NCBI RefSeq assembly: GCF_902459465.1
Contig: NC_047063.1
Location: 1,798,001-1,862,000 of the forward strand
Source: Asterias rubens
Taxonomy: Eukaryota
Direction: 5' to 3'
DNA: 64,000 nucleotides
Every line of letters starts with the position of its first letter. Within the stretch, counting starts at the first letter, position 1. A program made the translations under genes and the position numbers. Shown here piece by piece: positions 9,901 to 21,900 of this stretch. The notes under the pieces are model-generated. The model was not told the DNA's origin. It made no database searches and worked only from the letters and a program-made list of their open reading frames with translations.

Positions 9901-12900
9901 GATCTTTTTTTGGTAGCCAGAGAATTGGCGTTTTATTATCCTGCCCCTTTCAGGAAATAAACTTAAACTTCACACATAACAACTCTCAACTACTAAAAAC
10001 AAAATAAGTCAAACAGATTAATACTGTTCACTTCGCAGAACTGCATATTGTATTGATTTTATAAACATGTCACGGTCCTTGATCAACCCCCAACAGGCAC
10101 TTTTGTGGTCAATTAAAAATACCATGAGTCTAAAATACCAGACAACCTGGCATCAGACTTTAAGGACATTTCATATTTCACAGAATTTTGACTCCAACAT
10201 TGCTACTAGACTATTCACCATTTCCTCTTATTGGAATGGTAAGTTCTTTCCGCATCTGAAAAAAACATTAAGAATAGCTCTTCCCTAAAGGAGTTCAACG
10301 ATTGCTGAATGGGTAGGCACATCGAGCCCAAGCTTGAATGCTATCAGAGAGTGGGGTTATGGTCCCAAAGGTGGCACTTGTATCCTTAGATATTACAAGA
10401 CACATACTTATAATTGTCTGTCCTTATGATGGGACATAAAACTGTAGACTCCATGGGTTATGTAATGCAAGAACCTACAATCTCGGCCATATCTCGTTGG
10501 CTCCCAGCCCCCTTTCATTGTTACTTTTCATTGAGTGGTCTGCACTCAAAATTGAGTTTACAACATTGAACGGGGGAAGGAGGGAATGGAGGGTATTTAT
10601 TGTCACGTGGCAAAACAATTTTGGCCTGGATTTTAATTTACTCATTATTAAGAGAAGGGGTTTGCCCCAGTCGTTCTAGCACGGTTCGCTGCAGATTGTC
10701 CCATCTTGTAAACCGATACAAGATGCTATAAAAATGGATCTTATATTTCAAAATGGTGCTGGTACACCTGTTGTAGAATAACAAGTACTTTGAGACGCTT
10801 GCTGATAAAAGACTGTTTTAACAACAAATTATTTATAGAGAATCTTTTTTCGGTGGTTGATAACACACAGTCAGGTGGTGTTAAAATAACAACTTAATTA
10901 GTTGATGTCATGATGTACAAACAAATTATTGATAGAGAATCTTGAAGGAGTCTTACCGTGTATGTCAGAAGGGTTGTCCAAGAGAAACTTTCCGTCATTC
11001 CATCTCATGCTGAACTTAGCCTTTATGAAGCTTTCAGTTGAAGTGTAGTTGTACTGTGTATATAAATAAAAAATCCATCAAACTGAAGTTGAAAAAAGGA
11101 AAAGACATATTTAGATAACATTTTACAAATAGAGATGTTTCAAGATCTTTGAAATACAATACAGTACTTCTAACATTTGATATTAAACAATGATAATCCA
11201 GAGGGGAAAAACAACAAATTGTTAAATCAACCGATATTTGTTGTCTTTCATTGAAATGAAAATAACAAACTGAAATTAACAAATACTTGATCAACTTTCT
11301 TAGCTAAAGGATGAGCCAAGTAAATACAAAACTGCATTTTCTAAAATGAGCAAGTAAGTGATGTCGCCACTATAACACAGCAATGAGGACTCTAGTCTGA
11401 GACTTTTACTCAAGTTGCACTTGAGTCCCATCATAACGAGTCTTGGGACTTGCCTTGAAAGACTTGAGAGTTGACATGAGACTTGGGCCACGTGTGAATT
11501 GCCGGCTACAGCTTTGGCTAGGACTCTCATTAAGGGTCTTGCTAAGGACATCACATACTTCAATGCATGATGATGCGGAAATCTAGCAAAAGCCGTAGCC
11601 GACAATTCAGAAACAAACTTGATGACATTGAACAATCGGAAGTAATTACTGCCTCAGGTTTCTTCTTTTTAGATACTTTTTGATTTTGTTTAAAAGAAAA
11701 TGGTGCAATTGAATAACAAAGAGTATTTTCTCCACGATCTATTTATTGTGAAATATTTCTGTTTTTTGGGTTTTTTTTTTTGTATTTGTTTTAGTTCTCC
11801 ACACTGCACTACTGTCACAGACACAAAATTACAAACATCTAAACTTACAAACCATTTCACAACAGTTGTTGATCTATTTATTGTGAAATATTTCTGTTTT
11901 TGGGGGTTTTTTTTGTATTTGTTTTAGTTCTCCACACTGCACTACTGTCACACACACAAAATTACAAACATCTAAACTTCAGTTGGTAAAACATCTGCCT
12001 TAGATTGGCAAAGGTCGTGGGTTCGAAGCCCAACCGAGTAATATGCCTGTGATCTTTTCTTCTTCACAGAACTCAGGAAAGTATAGTGCTTACACACATC
12101 GGTGTAAAGATAAAAACCGAATAAGACATTTTAGACTTGATGAGAACCCTGCTTTAAAGTACCTTCCTTGGAGAGCACATGATGGCGTTATCTCCCATCT
12201 TTGTGGCTGGCGTTGTGATCACTCTGTCTTCATACCTCAGGACGCACTCGTATCCATCCTGTAATAAACAGAATATGGTATCATCATCAGGTTAAAAACC
12301 TAGGCATTAGAAGTTTAAGGCATGGCGGGTTCGTTTCTTGGGCACGGCGTCTGGACGAGGAGAGCAGATGTCTTTAATGAGACAGAGAAGAACAGGGAGG
12401 TAAACATAATCTTTTTAGGCATGTTTGCTTGTTTTTTGAAAGGGCAAGGGCACTGAGGCATTTTCTCATTGATACAGCCTACAGGGCATCCTATGAAGAA
12501 AGGGCAAATTTTGACTGTATATTTCAAAGACACCAAGGCAATGACCAAAGGGCATGGAGGCAATCGTCTTTAATTTGTTGCCTCCATAAAGTAGCAGGCC
12601 AGTCTTTAGGGCTTAATCTGTATGCTAATCTAATCAAATAAAAGCTTAGTAAGATGTCTCTCAATGCACTTACACTTACAGACCTTGAACTTTTTTTGTT
12701 TTTTACCCCGAAGAAAAGACATCTTGAACAGATATTTTACTCAACATTGAAAAATACTTTTTTTGCTTTTCGTAAAACATGACTTCTGTTCTTGAAATCC
12801 AATTCAGTGGAAACAATTAACAAAGAGACACCAACTTCCATGAAGGTCATAGATTAATCGTGGAAAATTAAGACAAAAAAAATCTCTTTCCTCTCTTGGG

Positions 12901-15900
12901 TAGTGCGTGCAGTGCATACTATTCCACAACTTTTGTACATTTTGTAAACTTACTGATTTAAAAAAAAAAAATTATTTTCCTGATGTTTCGACCCTTGAAG
13001 GCTAAATTACAACACAACAAACATGAATAGGTATCTAAGTGTAGCATAAGCAGTGAAGTGGAAGTTGTGGAAGTACGTGAATATACAGAGAGAGTCAGAA
13101 AGCAAACTGATTTTCTTCAGGGTTACTTTTCCACCAAAATAATCAGTGTAATTCACATTTATTTATTCGCATAGCAGTTACGTTGTAGTAATTCTTATCA
13201 ACATATCGTTGATCGTACCACAAACAGAAATGTATGACTTTTGTCAGTTAGGTCAGTTCGTGTTATGAGCAAGGATATACATCAACTTTCCAACTAACGT
13301 TTGAACAAAAACGGATCACCCGAACATTTTCAAGGATTAAAACACTTTTTTTTTAGGAAGAGTCAAGGTCACTCATGCGTGTGAAAATTGACACCAGCTG
13401 GAACGTAAATTTTAATGACTTCCTATTCACATGAAATTCCTTGCCCAAACATCTCTGGCAGGAAGTAGAAAAAACTAAGCCACATTTCCTGACCATTGTC
13501 TGAATTAGCCGGAGTCATATTCCATGGTAGGAGTCATATTCCACGGTAACGTCAAAACAAAAACCAGATTTTAGAATGTTGTTTTGGTTATTCACTTGTA
13601 ATGACTCTTAAGATAGCTAGAAGGTATTTAATCTCAAAAAATCGCTAGTATTTTCTCAACAAGTACAGGAAATGAACCTGCCTGAAATAGCTTAACAAAA
13701 ATAAACACCGGAAAATAATGGTTGAAACAATATCAACACAACGTTCCCTATTATGCGACAATTACTAGGTGACTAATAATCTATAACGTGTTAAAATATA
13801 CAATGTTAAAAGAGTTAGAGATTATTGGTGGCTTGGGGGACCTTAAAATGTGGACCTTAACTACTATACACTGTGAGTAAGTCAATTATTTATACACTGA
13901 GATGTTATTTTCAAGGTGAAGGGAATGAACAGTGGAACTTTTTGTTTAATTCAGAAAACGTTGACAAATTTGGATGACCCATGCCACTCACCCAAAGCAA
14001 GCAGGGATAAATAAATCTTGTTTATTCAAATTTTATTAGTGGAAAAAAAGAGGCACTTCTCGGCTAAGAGGAAAGAAGATTGATCCTACACTAAGTTTCC
14101 CCCTGCAACCATGTATAAACATATATAAGTATTCTTCAATGAGTAGTTCTCAGTCAGATTCTTCAAACTTCCTCCATACATCTCCACTCCTCATCCACAA
14201 CACAACTAGCTCCTTGTCCCCTTGCCCATACTCGCTATTGTGATAGAGCCTTTTTTTGTGTGCCATCTAAAAGTTAACTCCCCCGAACTTAAACAGTCTA
14301 ATGATGATGATGGTGATAGAGCTTCTTCTTTTTTTTGTGCCATCCAAAAATTAACTCCCCCGAACTTAAATGGTCTAATGATGATGATAGTAGAAAACGT
14401 CTCTTAAAATATTTGTATCTGAAATGTCATATTTGATGACAAAAATAGATAAAACTAATGTCCTGTTGAGCGTTTTATTCAATATTTTTTTTAATCGATG
14501 TTTTAATCAAAATGTGTATTTGATTTTTCACTATTTTCTCGAGACCCAAATGGTCGCTTGATCACAAACTTCTACAGGTTTGTCAGTTTGTGTGTATGGT
14601 GGATTACATGAAATGCTTACGATGCCAGCAACTGTTTTGTTAGAATACAAAACAATTCTGTAATGTTCCTTTAAGCTTACCTCTACAGGAAGTCGAGCAG
14701 CAATGAGACTAAACTCGCTGGTTTCACCTGCAGGGAGAAGAATTTCTACACCACTGCCAAGCTCAATTCTTGGGCAAAACTCCTTACCCGTAGTATTAGT
14801 GTTTCCCTATAAATTCAAAAAAAAAAAAAAACGGCTGATGGCTGATTCAACCCGAAAAACTACAGATTTGAGAAAGTTTCAAACTTTCATACAGACAGTT
14901 ATAAACTTTCAGGAAAAAATATGCTGATGATCATGAAAAGTGGTAGTCAACTTGTTGGGATCCCAAAATTTGTTAGGATCCAAAAATGTTTTCATGGTGT
15001 TCTTGGCATATGCAAAAGTTTTGTTTCTTGTCATTTTGAAACAGCATCATCTGCTACACAAATTTAAGGGGGGGGAATAAATTTCTGAAAAAAATCATAC
15101 AACTCAAAAAAAAAAAACCCACTAACTTATTGAATGATTTGGCAAAACTTTGTCTCTAACTAATAGATGTTTCTTTTGGTTAAATGTTTGCCATTTTCAG
15201 AGAAATTAAGTCATATCCTCTTTAAATTGTGGGAAGCATACCATTTCCTGTGAAATTTAATACATCTGAATTTAATTTCATGTCTTTCTCTCATTGCTTT
15301 CAACTACAGGAGCTTGTTCCATTTTTTAGGGACACAGATTTTCTCATGCTGCACTATTTCTTTGGAATAGTCTTGCTGTGCATATTCACCAGGCTAGTAG
15401 TGCTTTACACTGTTTTAAGTCATTTGTTTGAAGCTGCGTGTTTTATTGTTCTCTTTGTGAGCTAAGAGCCTTTTGCATTAGGCGCTTTACAAATGTCTTT
15501 ATAATTATTATTCATATTATCTGTCACAGTTTAGTTATTCTCAAATATTTAAAGTTTTTTCCTGATGAGTTTCAAGGTTGACACTGAACCTTTCAGGGGT
15601 TGGTGCTTAATTGTTCACAAACTTAGTAGAAACACTGGATGCTTTAGTCTGGGGAATTCAAAACTGAGCATCCACTAGCAATTGAACAAGGCATGATACC
15701 AGGCATCATTCAAATCTTACACACAAATGGCAGTTAGTACAAATTAAAACCTGACACAAGGCAAACATCCTTGTTATTAAAGTGGTACAATCTACTTTTG
15801 TCAAGACCAAGATAAACACAGATTGTAGCAATGATTAAGCTTTGTTTACATAACTGGTCATCAATAATGTCATTGTTATCTTTTTACTATCCAGAACCCT

Positions 15901-18900
15901 CCTTATCTAGCCTTATCATAATTACTTAAAACAAAAATCATAAAGGAAAAACAATAATCGTTTTAAAATTGTATTGTCACAATACATTAATGAAGTTACT
16001 AAAAATTTAATATATTGCCAGCTGATCATTGTTAACTTCTGTGACATTTAATCTCAAAATTACAGTTTCCAATTAAAGGTACATTTTCCTCAATGGTCAA
16101 ATTTCGAATCAATCTCAAGATCAACAACAACAACAAAACGTCAGGCCATCAATTTGTTCTTATTTTTTCATTTCTATTTTTGTTCACCAAGTACTCATAA
16201 ACTTACCTCCCGATATCCAACCACACCAGTTGCGATACAGCTGCTGGAATCACCCATACACCGATTCTCATGGACACACCAGTTACACATGAACGCATTG
16301 TCTACACATTTGGTACAGCTATCAAATGCGCTGCAGTTGTACAGGTCAAAGGTTGTGTTGACGATGAGCATATCAGTCTCCGTGGATCGGATGGACAGCG
16401 GTATGGACAGAGAGCCTGTCAAATTAAACACAAAATTTGATTATGAAGGTAAAATTAAGTGGTTTAGCTGGTTGGGGTCGGACAAAGTGGAGCAGACCGC
16501 AGTATTTTCAAAAGATCGTCTGTTCGAACCAGGTTTCACAATTTTCCAACACAGTCTTCTATTATGAATATCAATAATTGAATGATTTAAGTGAGTCCTT
16601 TATCAATCTAAACACAGGCCTTATACTTCACCGGAGGCAACGAAAGTGACTGCCTCCATGCCCCCTGGTTATTGCCTTGGTGCCCTTGAAATGCTCTAGT
16701 AGAAATTTACAATTTCCTCATATGGTGGCCCCTTACTCAAAACAGAGCACGCAGGCCTGTAAAAGTTAGATCCCCTTAAGGTGATCCCCTGGCTGCTGCT
16801 TTCCAGGTTGTATTGTAAACTTGGGTGTGATTCCTGTCCACACGGCAGTTAATGGTCGTATGGCTTCTGAATGGCACCCCCTGCACAAAGATATTGATAA
16901 AAAAAGGGAGGCCGCCAACATAGGGCTAGAAAGATAGCTTAGTTGATAGAGCGCTGGCACGTTAATCCTGAGGTCGTTGGTTCAAATCCTGCTCTAGTCA
17001 ACTTTTCTTTGTTTAACCCCAATCTATTTGAATTTCGTTTAGTATACAGAATCCATTGAAGGTAGCATTTGCTTTACCAATTAAGGCTACAATATCTAAA
17101 TAAAAATACACTTAATAAACAAACAGCCGTCGATTTCACAAAACTCTTCCTAACTTAAGACTAATCTTAGGACTTAGGATGAGTCACAACCCTGCACTGT
17201 AGCATGCAGACCTTAAGATTAATCCTAAGTTAGGAAGAGTTACTCGTCCTAACTCGAGATAAGACGAGTCCTAGCTCTTTGTAAAATCGACGGCTGGGTT
17301 AGGAAAAAATATGAAATTCAATCTTGGGAGGTTTGCACTATAAACCAAAGTGTTGTTGCTCTTAGATACAGCACCTTGTTGTAGCAGCTGCTTTAAAATT
17401 ACATAACAGTGTCTTGTTGACACAGCTGTATATTAGCTCCCATGAGCTGTTTATGAATTTATCAGAAATTGTTGTTTTTGCTTCTGTTATTGTTATTGAT
17501 GTTGTTGCTTCTAGATTGCATATCTGTACCTTGTTCAAACAGCTGTACATTGGTTGTATCAGGGGAGTGGCAATTGACTGAGGAGTTCCCAATGGGTTCA
17601 GTCATACTGGCATCCAGGGCCGTTGAGCCAAGATCTCCAAACACACACTCGTAGGAATAGTCCAAGCTGCTGTTGAGTTTGGGAAGACTTGTCACCAGGA
17701 TCTCAAGCTGTGACAAAGAAAGAAAGAAGGTCTTAAATAGCGCATTTCACAATAACTGGTTTAATGCGCTTTACATTAATTAGTGCCTTAGGGCCAATAA
17801 CATCCCTTTAATTTTTCTCAGCTCACTTGGGAGTATATACAACGTGGGCAACCGTAGCGCTCCAGCGGCTTTTTCATGCACAATATCAACCTCTACCAGC
17901 ATCACAGGTACCCATTTATACTCTCGGGTGAAGAGAAGCAATTAAAGTAAAGTATCTTGCTCAAGGACACAAAAGCCATGACCAGGATTCGAACCCCAAT
18001 CCGATGACTTAACCACCAGAACTTGAATTCAATGTTCTTAACCACTCGACCATGACACTCTACCGCATGTATTAGGCCTTGAAATAACAAGTCACTAACA
18101 GCTCAATTGGTGCCTTGTGCTTTTGCTGTAGTCAGTAGTTCCCTCCAAAAGGTTCCAATACAAACCTACATTTTCCCCATACCAGAGGAAAATTGCTGTG
18201 CCCCTTCAAGAACGAAGTTCAAGGCCTGATATAATAATGAGCATGGATGAGCACAAAATATTGTCCAATACATTATTATTATTATTGCTAGAGTCAGATA
18301 AAAAAACATGATGGAGATGATAAACTCTGTTTGAACTCTATGCTCTTAACAGCTATTCGTTTCCTTGTATTGTCAAAACATTGCGCATCTAAATAATTCT
18401 GTAAAACTTCCACAAAATGTCCATGCAAAGTTTAAACTCCATTTAGAGTTCATTATGGAGTTGGGCCAACTATTAAGCCTTCAGCAACATCAATAAAAAG
18501 GTGTTTTTTTTTACCTCTGGCATAGCAAGTAACCAAATTATATTTTAAAGAGAATTGTTTTTCTTCGAATTCAGCTTAACTTCTACAGTAGCAATCCTCT
18601 GGTAATTGGCACGTGTACCAGCCACTTTTTAAAACCAAATGAGGTTATAGATACCCCCCCCCCTTAAAAAAAAGGCTTGTATTTTAATTTTAAAATAACT
18701 CCCAAATTACAAAACCTCTTTAAAGTTTAATCAACGATGGAGTATTATAAAGAATCATAAAGCTCATCAAGGTGACAGCAAACTGTTCATATGTAAAGAG
18801 AAAGTCTGCCGTCAGGAAATATTGGCTTAGTTTTTCCCTGTCGCATTACGGTTGGTTTGGCATGTGAGTTATAACACTATATTACCATTTCAAGAGCCTT

Positions 18901-21900
18901 GTGCGCAAATTCCTGAGGAAATGAAATTTCTGCTAAGGTCGAGTCAGAATTGGGGGGTATTTCGGCTCAGCTATGGCAGAGGCTGTTGCTAAGGGTGTTG
19001 CTATGGGGATCCTATGCTTCAAAGCATGGAAACAAGGTGACCAAGCCACAGCCATAGCCCCAGCTGATGTTCGGGCACGGGCCTTAAACAGAGCTTAAAT
19101 GCTTACAACTGGGCCAAACTGAGCAAAGAGTTGGCACTTGCAAAAGCAGTATACTTTCTGTGCTTACGTCAAGCGTATTTCATGGGTTAGCAGGCAATTT
19201 TGGCTTGTTTGCGTTTTTCCTTTCAGTTTGGGAAGCGAATGAGCACAAAAACCAGAGTATATCTTGCTTGTCACTGGCTCCCTTTTAAATTTTGTTTCCC
19301 TCATAACTTGATGGTTTTATAATTGTATTCTCTGTACTATGAGTTGCTTTTGACCTATTCTGTATCTCTTTTGTGTTAAGCCCTTTGAGGCCTAGCATAA
19401 GGTGCTGTTTTATTCAATAGATGGAAATTTGCGTTGGGAATAAAGAACATAAATTTTGTTTTTTTCTTTACCCATATACACCGATGTGTGTTAGCATTGT
19501 ATACTCAGGGCTGACCCGAGCTCTGTGAAAAAATCACAGGCATATTACTTTGGTGGGATTCAAACCCACGACCTTTGCAATTCTAGAGCAGTGTCTTTTT
19601 GTTTTGGTTATTACCTCTGTTGGTGCAGAGTCACTGGGAATGCTGGGCGGAGTCACTGATTGGATCTTGATGCATTGGGATTTCTCTCCTATCCAGTGAT
19701 TGGTCATTGAAGAGGCACCGGGGCACTCTCCATCAAGACGCCTTGTGCATCTGAAAGAGAAAGTAACGAGTCAAGTATCATTCAAGTGTTTGGACATGGT
19801 TGGTAATTGCCCAGTATTCTCACTTGGTGTATCCCAAAATATGCATAAAATATCAAATCTGTACAAATTTTGACTCAATTGGTCACTAAAGTTGCAAGGG
19901 AATAATGAAAGAAAAACACCACTTTTTGCACAAATTTGTGTGCTTTTAGATGCATAATAAAAGTGTTTTATTATTTGAGTGTTTTATTATTTGAGTGAGA
20001 TTAGAAATTACCTTATCCTCAAAAACTACTGAACTTCAAAGGGAGCCGTTTCTCACAATGTTTTATACCATCAACAGCTCTCCTTTCTTGGTTACCCACT
20101 AACTTATTATGCTAACAATTCAATTTGGGTAGTTACCAATATAGTGCCTTTAAGTTCCAACTCATAAGTAGCTCTTTGAGACCATGGTGACCACAAGCTG
20201 CTTATACCCAAATGACCAGAGTGGCCAAAAATAGCCCCAAGATTTAACCTACTTCCATTCAACCATTAAGGTCAATGCAAAGGCCATGCCCTGCAATTAC
20301 AATTTCCCCTATTTTCCAAATGACACACACAGTAATGTCTTAAGCCAAACTAAAGTTCTATTTTACCTAATTTGTAACTGGAAAAGAGCAAGTTAAACAA
20401 TCAGGGACAGGTGGCTCTCAATTACTATACAAAAATGCATGAAGCCCAAAGGATTCAGTTCTGTTCTAGTTCTGTGTTGAAAATATAAAATGTGGACTCA
20501 TGAAAAGTGGAGTTACTGACAAATTTTAATCCAAACTGGTTCCACTGCCTAGTAAATGAAAAATGAATAGCAAACCCTGGTTTGGAAAATTATTCAATTA
20601 GGGGGAAGCTCATCTAAGTAACACATTGAAAAAAAAAAGTACACAAGAACAAAGGAGGAGAAAATGCAAGTAAAGTGTGGACGAATCATGGAAACAAAGT
20701 TTTTTTTTTTAAATGTACCAAGAGTCGAAACTTCCTACAAGAAAGTCTCCAGGATGCGAGCCAAATCACTTAATCATTGTAGACAATTGTAGACCTGAAA
20801 CCATAACTGAAAATACACTTAGCTACTTATTAATATGGTCATTGTATTAGAACGTCAACAAAATGCCATATCAAGTAACTAAATATGTTTCTGAAACCTG
20901 TAAAAACTAAGTATCAGCACTATTACACAACGCTTTCCATACAAAGAAAACATGTGCTGTGCCCTTATGCTCTCTCTCTCTCTCTCTCTCTTTTATATCA
21001 ATTACAATACAAAAGTGAAGTTTAACGTATCTGTAACCAAATACAAAGAAGAAACTTTCATTAGTGGGAAGCATTCTACCATCTGTGCATCAGCACAATG
21101 GCTCTCACAGATTTCTGTCTACTGCAGTGCAACGTCATGGTGTGGACATTTTGTTTATGTTCCCACACAAATCAATATCAGCAAACTGAGGCATACAGAC
21201 AGAATAATAGGAAGAGACATAATAATAGTCTGGTCCAGCGCCCAATTTTCGTAGAGCACGACAAAAAGCTAAGCATAACAAAACTATGCTAAGTACAATT
21301 TGTGACAGGTAAACTGCTCATTTGTGATTAGCAGAAAACAATTAAGCAATATGTTCTTCTTTAAAAACAGGCCCAAGGCTCACCCTTCAACACTAGCATG
21401 ACATAAATGTGTGTTGTCTAGTACAAAATGCTACAGGCTAGCAAAAACTACTTCTGAACTTGCCCTGAGGGCTACTAAAAAACTGCGTGACCAACTTATT
21501 TATAATGCTCAATATTTCTTCCTTTTTAGATGTGAATAATAAATTTTAAAAAATTTAAAAGTGTTAAATACATTTGGAGTTTGTGAATGTAACTTAATTT
21601 AAGGTATGTTTATACTTCCTGTGAATGTGAATGAAATACAAATTTTTATGTCACAGCCCTGTTTTCACAGGAGTTGAGCACAACATTGCAAATTCTTCGT
21701 TGCAAATTTGTGGCGTAAAAATTGGTACTGCATTTGCATTCGCAGGAAGCATGGAACAAGCTTCACACAATAAACTGGTTGCACTAATCAGAAGGATTGT
21801 TGAAAATGCACGCTTTAAATGTGTGCTGCTAAAACTTCCTAGGGGCAAGTAAAACACACAGCTACATCCTTACTCTATGGCTACATGTACATGACTAGCC

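Noticed and set aside
11736-11979. Repeat-spacer-repeat resembling CRISPR
   Set aside because: Only two ~110-bp units, eukaryotic intron, no cas genes.
13085-13125. CTGAAGA followed by a TCAG/CTGA hairpin on the minus strand
   Set aside because: No GAAA or stem III follows, so it is not a hammerhead. The same applies to the isolated CTGAAGA near 44535 and 61238.
16154-16567. 137-aa plus-strand ORF
   Set aside because: Antisense overlap of the PSI2 exon; no independent motif.
16930-17005. Possible functional tRNA genes (also ~11980, 26065, 45110, 53530)
   Set aside because: A/B boxes are present, but acceptor and anticodon stems pair poorly and the copies are embedded in diverged repeats. 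These are tRNA-derived elements.
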